Shown here: positions 36,541 to 46,343 of the stretch, piece after piece
How the letters are laid out: every line of letters begins with the position of its first letter
How positions within the stretch are numbered: the stretch's first letter is position 1
Assembly (NCBI RefSeq): GCF_001194135.2
Contig: NC_068983.1
Coordinates: 2,261,572-2,307,914 of the forward strand
Direction of reading: 5' to 3'
Length of the DNA: 46,343 bases
DNA from: Octopus bimaculoides
Lineage: Eukaryota
Program-made: the position numbers and the translations under genes
Notes under the pieces: generated by a model
The model's input: only the letters and a program-made list of their open reading frames with translations
Database searches by the model: none
What the model was told of the DNA's origin: nothing

Positions 36541-37553
36541 CTATGTCCTGGGCCAATGTGGCCGAAACCTGTCTAAGTATCTAAGTATATACAAGGGCAC
36601 ATGTGTAGGGTCGAGGTTGTATCTATTAACCTCAGTTAGTCCTTTTGGCCGAGCACTTGTTCTTTAAAATGCAGCAGTCGGTACCACAGATTGTACTTCC
36701 TTTTCATTGAGAGAATTTCTCCTGAAAAATGATGTAGTAATTGTTCTAACACCACCGCTATTCTTTCGAAACACAAATATATTATTTTTCGCTTCTCCAA
36801 ATTCGATTAGATACCTGGCCTAACACACTATCTGATTTTCTAAATTTCTCACAGATAATTTTTTATAGGAACCGTGTAAAATGTAAACAAACTGTTTGTA
36901 TTTCAAGAGAAGCAAAACTAACTTTAACACTAACACTATTTTAACGATTTAAAATGCTTTTCTATAAGCAAGTGTTCGAATTTTGTTATATTCATTGTTC
37001 ATTAAAATTCCCACTAGTTACAGTTTGTCTATTCTGTGACATAATATATTTTTGTGCCAACTTCGTCTTGTTGCAGTTTTAATATTTTGTTTTATATGCT
37101 GGACGTTTCATTGTAAAATATTATCACATGTCTATGCATATATAACGAAATCTTTAAACAACACCTTTTTGACTAACAAATAACAGGAAATAATAAGTAA
37201 AAAGAACAAACAATATATCAAAAATATAAGAAAATGACATAAACGAAATTTTAGGAAAGGTAATTATATAGACGGGCATGAGCAGAACGAAACGGGTGGT
37301 GATTTAAAGATTCTGAGAAATCGTAGGTGAGTTGTAAGAAAGATAAAAGCAGGAACCGGTATTCAAACAACAACGAACTTCTCAACAGAGTTCAGATGGT
37401 CACAGAAACAACAAAGAAAGCATTTGAACTATTTACTCACGCAACAACAGCGCCTCAGTTTATTTTACAATACACCGAACTGGTGTCACACAAAAGAAAT
37501 ACACACATAGGACTGCATCAATAGAAGTATATATACATTATATGCATATATAC

Positions 37554-37589
<36 letters not shown>

Positions 37590-37768
37590 ATAAAAATACA
37601 CACTCACAAGCACAAACGGATATACTCACACACATACATACAATTTATCTTTTAAATTTTACTTGATTTAGTCACTAGAGTGCGCTCATGCTGGGGCACG
37701 ACCGCCTTGTATTTCCAGCCAGGCTTCAAGTTCTGAGCACATGGTCTGTTGTGTTGCGAAACCCGTCC

Positions 37769-37769
37769 T

Positions 37770-37804
<35 letters not shown>

Positions 37805-37830
37805 TGTGTGTGTGTGTGTGTGTGTGTACA
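37769..37830. repeat. Palindromic microsatellite TGT(AC)15(GT)13ACA
   Basis: Direct reading. Confidence 0.95.
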
Positions 37831-37974
37831 TGCGCGATACAAACTACGCGAGGGCGTTTATACATCCATATCTTTATTTTATCTTTTATCTTTTACTGGT
37901 TTTATATCCCAGGCTGTGGTCATGCTGGTGCATCAGCTGTAGTTACTCGGTGTTGTTTCCGGTATTGTTTTGGG

Positions 37975-38215
37975 TGAAGTAGCGAGTTGGACGGAGCTGC
38001 TCTTCTCTGGATGGAGCTGCTCTTCTATCTGAGATACCAGATGAACCCACATCTGAGATACGAGATGAAACACATCTGGGTTCATCTGGTATCTCAGATA
38101 GAAACCTGTTCAGGCGTTCCTTGAAAACTTCCACATCAACACCACGTAGATTTCTGAGGTTGCCTGGCAGGATGTTGAACAATTGCCGGCCCTTGAAACC
38201 CAGACTATTACAGTA
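37975..38215 (-). mobile_element. 3' end of a LINE with a rearranged tail
   Basis: SLGFKGRQLFNILPGNLRNLRGVDVEVFKERLNRFLSEIPDEPRC, the same class as 36300-36540. Confidence 0.8.
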
Positions 38216-39316
38216 TATATATANNNNNNNNNNNNNNNNNNNNNNNNNNNNNNNNNNNNNNNNNNNNNNNNNNNNNNNNNNNNNNNNNNNNNNNNNNNNN
38301 NNNNNNNNNNNNNNNNNNNNNNNNNNNNNNNNNNNNNNNNNNNNNNNNNNNNNNNNNNNNNNNNNNNNNNNNNNNNNNNNNNNNNNNNNNNNNNNNNNNN
38401 NNNNNNNNNNNNNNNNNNNNNNNNNNNNNNNNNNNNNNNNNNNNNNNNNNNNNNNNNNNNNNNNNNNNNNNNNNNNNNNNNNNNNNNNNNNNNNNNNNNN
38501 NNNNNNNNNNNNNNNNNNNNNNNNNNNNNNNNNNNNNNNNNNNNNNNNNNNNNNNNNNNNNNNNNNNNNNNNNTATATATATTGTCAAGAAGCCAGAACA
38601 GTACGTAAGATGATAAAAATCGAAAGCTCGATGTTCATAAATCCATAACGTTGATCTCCAAAAGTTTGGATTCATACCGAACTAAAGAACCCAGTGTATG
38701 GCACCCCAATCTCTTGCAAATCACAGACTTGTCAGGGAAAGGTTACCACTGTTTTCTTTGCACAATACACCTGAAGTCAACTATACATGCTACACTATTG
38801 CAGTATTGTGAGACTAAATCTAAATTATGAAAAATGAGTCGTTTTAAACGAAGAGCTCAGAACACATTAACACCAAACATTGTTTAAACTGAGCTTTTGG
38901 GTTGCACAAATGACCACAAATTTTCGGTGAAATTGCCACTTTAATGAAAAAACGACGGATATTCAATGTTATTTCAGAAGTTGCTTTTAATAGGAACCAA
39001 AAGCCCCACCCAGTATATTACTAGATGGTGTTACTTTGAGAAGCTCGCTGGGTGGACAGTGTCGTGTACAGATCTTCTACAATGTATAATGTAAATGCAA
39101 TGATGGGACAATAACTCATTGTTACTATTAAACAGAAATATATTGCTTCAATCTCACAAAACATTGCTTGTGCGTTTATATACCTATACATAGATATAAA
39201 GGGACACATATGCACACACTTATACATATACGTGGTATATAATATAGGTATTTATGAGTGTGTATCTGTGTGCATTACATATGTATTTCTGCATAAAAAA
39301 GTAAATAAATAAATTA

Positions 39317-39382
<66 letters not shown>

Positions 39383-39567
39383 GAATGTATGTATGTATGT
39401 ATGTATGTATGAATGTATGTATTTATGCATGTATGTATGTATGTATTGATGTATGTATGTATGTTTGTAGACAGAGAGAGCGAGGGTGATAGATTGATAG
39501 ATAGACACACACGCACGCACACACACATACACACACATACTTATATATATATATATANNNNNNNNNN

Positions 39568-39606
<39 letters not shown>

Positions 39607-40999
39607 CTATATATATATTATATATAACATCCGATAGGAGTAGCTAAGCGAGATTATCTATATACGATATTCCTAAATCAGCCTTTCCAATTATTTCAGC
39701 ATGGTTTAAATTCCTGCGAATGACATTTGGTTTGAAATAGTCTAGAAAGAATATCCATCTTTCTAATGGCACTGCAAGTCCAATGTACTCTTTGCAAAGC
39801 TAAATGTCATTGGCAGTTATTTAAACTGATTGAAAGAAACACGGTTACGGCTTCGCCTGCAATATTCTTCTGGGACAATGATTTGATCAAATGATTTAAC
39901 CAAGTCAGTTTGAGACGGGGTTGGTATACTGTATAAAAACCATCACTAAAGTGATGTCTGGTGAGATGGAAATCTGATTGATGCCATGGGCCGCAGTCGG
40001 ACATCAAATCAACTCTTTCCTAATAAAACAACTTTTTGAAATAAAATTCTGGAATTGAGAAAAAAATAGTCGTGGTAGTGATTGCTATTGTTTAGAGAGG
40101 GAGCTGCGAATGGAATTTCGTGTTGTCCGGGGGAGTACATTCTTTTTTACACTAGGAACAAAGTAAAAATATTAATGGCTGCTTATGCCAATGGAATTGA
40201 AATTTTCCTCTTGACTGGCTACGTACACCGAGGTGTAAAGCGGCTAAATATTGACTAAATGACCGGATACTAAAATAGGTGCTATGTTGTCTAGTAGGTA
40301 ACCGTTGTCGAGAAAATCAACCATTGATCTAAAATTTTATATCGACTATCCTGAATTCGGTAGTTATATATCCGCTACTAGTGCAGCCTTAGCCTCAGAA
40401 TTGATAACGGAGACATCAATTATAATACAGAAGATCAATCTGTAACATTCGCACTTTATATTTAATGGTAAAATATTACACGTTGAACTGAATAATAAGC
40501 AAAAGCTTTAAAAAGTATGTGTCACCTACCTAAACTTAATCGAAGCCGTAAAAAGAATTGTTTCTACTTATAACATTTTCGCTGGCTCATAAAACTGGTT
40601 AGGTATAGAAAAAGACTTTTAATTCAAAATGTTAATATTAAATTGTAAATGAAAAGTTGCAGCTCTAGTAAGGTAAACATTGTTGGTGTGTGTGTGTGTT
40701 CTGTTTAAACGCGCTTCGGAGCGATTTGTCTCACCTGGCCTAGAACGCCCGATGTTCATTAACATTCGATGCCATGTAGGGAGCTTTTCATCGACGCTAT
40801 CCCTCAGCAAATTGACGTTTAAACAAACATCTACACTATGTATGTGCGACCGATATTGCTAATGTTTTATTTACAAAAGTCTTGAAATTTTATTCCAGAA
40901 ACATTTGTACATAATTACCAGTATTATTAGTATTTCAGATTTGTACGTATTTATCAGTATTCCTAGCATTCTTCTATCCCTGTATTCTTTTCTTCTCTC

Positions 41000-41190
41000 G
41001 GTACAGGGCACGATTTTTTTGTGGGGGAGGGGTCGATTAGATGAATCCCAGTACGCGAGTGGTACTTAATTTATCAACCCCAAAAGCAAAGTCAACCCCG
41101 TCGGAATTTAAACTCAGAACGTAAAGACAGACGAAATACTTCTCAGCATTTCGCCCGGCCTGCTAACCTTTCTACTAGCTCACCGCCTTC
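41000..41190 (-). mobile_element. SINE family 2 copy
   Basis: GGAATTTAAACTCAGAACGTAAAG...CATTTCGCCCGGC..GCTAAC. Confidence 0.8.
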
Positions 41191-41954
41191 TTTCAACTTA
41201 TATTTAAATAGTTCTTGGAATTCCACAACGATATTTTATTTTCCATTAATATTTATCATTGCATTAACATTGCTCTTATTTCTCCAAAGTTAACAATTTC
41301 TTGCAACTCATTCTCTCACCTTCCCTCTCCCTCCACTCCCCAAATTTTTCAGTCACGGCAATTTGAGGAACATTCCATATAGTTACTCCCCCTCATTGTA
41401 CATATCCTGCAACTCGCTATTCTTTAAATGAGAACCGTGTACTCCCTCCCTGTTTTGACTTCAAATAAGTAACGATTTATAATTATTTCAACCAACACAT
41501 TAATTTCATTGACACTAGATTTTGAAAAGAATATACTCAAAATTAAGAGATACACGCTTCATTGTGGACTAAATCATTCTGCCCCAGTAAGTAAACAAAG
41601 ACATATATTTAAATATTGTGAACTGACATAATTTTCGCAAAAAATGAACATGGATGTTTATCAAATGAAACAGGCATGAAGAGTACAGTTGTTTTAACAG
41701 CAGGAATTTGAAGAACACAATAGGAATCTGATCTTCTCGAATGATTTCAATTTAGTATTGAAATCAAAGCCATTGGGTGCATGTATTTATATATAGATGT
41801 GTGCATTCGTGCATGTACACACACACATACAAATATATTTATAAATATATTTGTGCATGAGTGTGTACATATAAATATATCATATAAGCGTGTGGGTTTG
41901 TATGCTTGTGTTGTGTGTTCATGCGTTTACATGGACAGACAGCAAGACATACAG

Positions 41955-42039
41955 ACAGATAGATAGATAGATAGATAGATAGATTGATTTATTGATAGAT
42001 AGGTAGGTTGATAGCCGGATTGATAGGTAGGTAGATAGG

Positions 42040-42088
<49 letters not shown>
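41955..42088. repeat. (GATA)n/(GGTA) tetranucleotide repeat
   Basis: Direct reading. Confidence 0.95.
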
Positions 42089-42786
42089 CGCTATGTGCAT
42101 ACTTTCCCAGAATGAGAAAGACGGACAAATATACAAATCGATGGATTGAACGGCAGTCAGTGATGTTAATGGCTGTGAGATGACAGAGTTAATAAATTGA
42201 ACTGTTGTGATTTCAGTCAACAGCAGCTGGAAGGTTCGAGAGCTTCATAATGACGCATATGTAGTAGTTATCTCTTCATAATTTGTGTTGTGTGAAATAC
42301 AATAAATAAAACGTCAGCATTCTGTATTAGCAAAATCTATTTCATCGTCAGTGAGTGAAGAGGAAAATCTGTTGGGTAAGAAATAATCTGCAGGTCATTC
42401 TACTAAACAATATGGCTAATCATCACTTGAGATTCTAACACGAGGGAAATTAGATTACGCAATGAATAAACTACTAATAGACTTGTAATAGTACTTAGAA
42501 ATAGTGGGCGAATTCTTTATTTTCTTTATTAGATACAAATTACCTCTTTCGAATCACTAAACACGCGCACGCTTAAGCTCGTAAACTTATATGTGCATAC
42601 ACACACACACATATATATATCATATTATGCACCCACGTTCATGTATATAAGAATCTCTCCCCCTCTATGTCTTTTTCTCCTTCCACACATTATACCAGGA
42701 ACATATACATATAAGAGCGTAGGTGTTTATGTATGCGAGAAGGCGACGGCGAGTAAAATGAAGCTAATGAAAGCATGAGTGTGTGT

Positions 42787-42817
<31 letters not shown>

Positions 42818-43123
42818 ATAGTTTAGATTTGAGAAATCTCTTTTATCTACTCATGAATAAAATTAATGAAAATGTTGAACACCCCCATACTGAACGGCAA
42901 CAAGGAAATCTATATAGCTTAGTGTTAGGTGTAATTAGTCGGATTGATAGACATCTTAATGTTAAAATATTAGTTCCAATGACCTACACCAGATTTCCTG
43001 TCTTCGATGAGGTTTCAGTATGGCTTCCGCTCTTATATTGCCAGCACATAGATATAGGTACACAAACACGCACACACATATACACCATATACACACACAT
43101 ATACACGCATGTTTATATACTTC

Positions 43124-43155
<32 letters not shown>

Positions 43156-43514
43156 GTATATATATATATATATATNNNNNNNNNNNNNNNNNNNNNNNNN
43201 NNNNNNNNNNNNNNNNNNNNNNNNNNNNNNNNNNNNNNNNNNNNNNNNNNNNNNNNNNNNNNNNNNNNNNNNNNNNNNNNNNNNNNNNNNNNNNNNNNNN
43301 NNNNNNNNNNNNNNNNNNNNNNNNNNNNNNNNNNNNNNNNNNNNNNNNNNNNNNNNNNNNNNNNNNNNNNNNNNNNNNNNNNNNNNNNNNNNNNNNNNNN
43401 NNNNNNNNNNNNNNNNNNNNNNNNNNNNNNNNNNNNNNNNNNNNNNNNNNNNNNNNNNNNNNNNNNNNNNNNNNNNNNNNNNNNNNNNNNNNNNNNNNNN
43501 NNNNNNNNNNNNNN

Positions 43515-43549
<35 letters not shown>

Positions 43550-43829
43550 TATGTATATATATGTATATATATCTGTGTGTGTGTGTGTGTGTGTGTGAGT
43601 GTGTATACACAATGGGAATACATAAGGCCAGCGTGTAGTTCAAACCTGGAGTCAGAGTCGGCGTGTTAGCTGGGAATCTCATGAGTTGTGATGTCACATT
43701 CCATCTGCTCTTTATCAAAATAACAATACTGTGCAAACAAATAGCTTGATAGATTCTGAGATCATTCACAACCAACAAAAATGCTACCCTGTGAACCCAG
43801 TGGAGAACTTGAATACTACTCCCAGGTGT

Positions 43830-43907
43830 CATCGACACAAAACGTCGACACGAAGCCTCACCACAGAACGTCGCCACAAAGCGTCGCCACAAAGCGTCAC
43901 CACGAAG
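43830..43907. repeat. Minisatellite, six 13-bp units (consensus ~CGTCRCCACRAAG)
   Basis: CATCGACACAAAA CGTCGACACGAAG CCTCACCACAGAA CGTCGCCACAAAG CGTCGCCACAAAG CGTCACCACGAAG. Confidence 0.85.
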
Positions 43908-45770
43908 CAAGCAGTACTCTCTTACCTTTCGAACACGTGATTATACAATTTATGAAATTTGTTCGCTTGTTGTTGTCGGTTCTAAGATCTGCCTTGGAAG
44001 TTGAAAACAGAAACGTCGCTTGATTTCGTATTAAATCAATTATTTGCATTAGATACATACCTTAACTGATGTGTAATTATACATCCACACACGCACACAC
44101 GCGTACGTACATACATACATATAAATATGTATGTATGAGCGTGTGTGTGCATGCGTGTGTGTATGTGTGCGTGTGGTTGTGTGTGTGTATATACATATGT
44201 GCATATACATTTATTTGTGTGTTTTTCAGTTGCTCTGGTCGTCTGAGCAATTGTGTGCGTGTTACCCGTGTACTTCTGGCTAATTGTATGCTTGCAGTGC
44301 AACACAGAGGAAATTGAAGCGTCATGGCAAACCAGCTTTTGAACAGAGGGAAGACGCCTAGCAGGATTTACTCTGCGTGATTGTCGTCACATATCCATGT
44401 TGGTGTTTTCTACTGGACCAGATGAGACGTTAGTGATGTTTGCATGCAGCATAACAATGCTGAAGTGGAGTGTGTTCGCTAGGGCCGACTAGAGCTTTTT
44501 TAAACCGTCACACAAAATTCTCCCTCTTTGTCTAAAGGAAGCTGTTCATTATTTCGTCGTGTAGTGGGAAATTTATGTGTGTATATATGAATGTGTTTGT
44601 GTATGAGTGTATGTGTATGTATAAGTGTATACGTTTGTTTGTGTATGTTTAGGTGTATTTATGTGTGTCTATTTCTGTACGTGTGTGAGTATTGCAGTAG
44701 TTCTGTAAAATATAAAAATAGGCAAGTTAAAAATCACCTCTGTCGAGGGTTAAGTTCAGGATTGATTGGGTTAAAAAAATTAGAAGTCTGAAAAACAGGC
44801 AAGCAAGAATAAGATGTATATAAATCTGACTTAGGTAGAACACACCGATCTACAGTTAAAAAAAGAATAAAAATGAAATGTTTTAAACAATCAACTGAAA
44901 GAGTTATCGCTAAGTTTGGAAGCTCAGATGGGAATGAGAATTTTCTCTTAAAATCTCCATGCGATCTCTGCAGAAATGATTGACAAGATAATGCTGTAGG
45001 CGATTCTATTATTGTTCAGATGGTGGATATGGTTAGCTACGATTTAATCGAGTTAGGTTGTCATAAAAAGCGTCTCTTAAAGTTATCTCATAATCATATA
45101 TAAATTGTAGTGGAGTTCTGCTTCGAGATCAACTGTTCCAAAACTGAATTATTTCCCGTTTCCTCGAAGTTTTAAAATTCCTGTGACGTCAACATCAAAG
45201 AATTCTCACTGGCAAGAATAAAGTTTCTAAAATCGATAGAAAACTTCTAAACATCCCTTTGCTTGAACGTTAAAATTCCTGTCATATCTACAGGACGTGG
45301 GTTCGGATTCCACAGGTAGTATTTGTCTTGTTCCCAAACCAATGTGTTTTGAATGCAATATTCATATACTTTTATTTATCGCCTTTCTGCTTCAAGATCC
45401 ATTGTTCCAAGAATAGAATAATATATATACATATANNNNNNNNNNNNNNNNNNNNNNNNNNNNNNNNNNNNNNNNNNNNNNNNNNNNNNNNNNNNNNNNN
45501 NNNNNNNNNNNNNNNNNNNNNNNNNNNNNNNNNNNNNNNNNNNNNNNNNNNNNNNNNNNNNNNNNNNNNNNNNNNNNNNNNNNNNNNNNNNNNNNNNNNN
45601 NNNNNNNNNNNNNNNNNNNNNNNNNNNNNNNNNNNNNNNNNNNNNNNNNNNNNNNNNNNNNNNNNNNNNNNNNNNNNNNNNNNNNNNNNNNNNNNNNNNN
45701 NNNNNNNNNNNNNNNNNNNNNNNNNNNNNNNNNNNNNNNNNNNNNNNNNNNNNNNNNNNNNNNNNNNNNN

Positions 45771-45771
45771 N

Positions 45772-45848
<77 letters not shown>

Positions 45849-45860
45849 GAGAGAGAGAGA
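45771..45860. repeat. (TA)n(GA)n microsatellite beside an N gap
   Basis: Direct reading. Confidence 0.95.
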
Positions 45861-46306
45861 TATAATTCTATATAATTACCCCATAGAAAGATCACCGATT
45901 ATTATCTAAATTATACAACCAGTAAATATTACCAATACCGATTAGATGAGCATTTGTAATTAGAGTGGAGCCCCAATTAGAATTAAGCTTGTCAGTTCGA
46001 AATTGGAAATTTCCAATATGGCAGCCTCTCATAAAGATGAACGTACGTCAACACAAGATAAGAAAAGTAGATCCTCCATCTGTCACAGAGAAGGACACGA
46101 TATGATATACACAGGCACCTAGATAAATACTAACACCAAAATGCGTTGAATCAATTGTGTCTACTCCAAATACACGGAATTTCCATTAGCCCAAGTGTCA
46201 TATCTCTCCACATCTCTATACGTTCTCTCCAATCAACAACGTAAAGTTTCAATTCATGCAAACTCTGCCTGTCAACTGTCAAAGTTATCGAGTGTGTGTA
46301 TGTATG

Positions 46307-46343
<37 letters not shown>

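Noticed and set aside
19405-41190. tRNA-like A/B boxes as tRNA genes
   Set aside because: No full cloverleaf; they are heads of multi-copy SINEs
43830-43907. CRISPR-like array
   Set aside because: Eukaryotic context, 13-bp units with no unique spacers, no cas genes
12638-46343. Long ORFs containing X runs or CV/HT/YI/ER dipeptide repeats
   Set aside because: Artefacts of N gaps and dinucleotide or tetranucleotide repeats

Overview
Eukaryotic, AT-rich, microsatellite-saturated draft-assembly DNA with eight N gaps, most of them next to (TA)n or (CA)n tracts. The repeat landscape looks like a coleoid cephalopod (Octopus-like) genome; this is an inference, not a database result. The one well-supported host gene segment is a 1.37-kb coding exon (17415-18787, +). 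It encodes a signal peptide and almost all of a type-B carboxylesterase/cholinesterase-like domain. The nucleophile-elbow motif (GxSxG) and the catalytic His are both lost, so it is probably a non-catalytic, neuroligin/neurotactin-like protein. The exon ends at a perfect GG|GTAAGT donor, and I could not recognise the next exon in the remaining 27.5 kb. The rest is mostly mobile DNA: four RLE-type (R4/Dong-like) non-LTR retrotransposon 3' ends, three of them stacked head-to-tail and separated by (TAA)n tracts; CR1/L2-group LINE remnants; a piggyBac fossil and a TTAA-flanked piggyBac MITE; a Tc1 inserted inside a SINE; a hAT-ended segment enclosing a Tigger/pogo fragment; a Helentron-like non-autonomous element; many tRNA-derived SINEs in tandem and inverted arrangements; and a ~235-bp inverted repeat enclosing a copy of neighbouring DNA. 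Most short ORFs in the track are microsatellite or N-gap artefacts. Repeat boundaries were placed by eye and are approximate.
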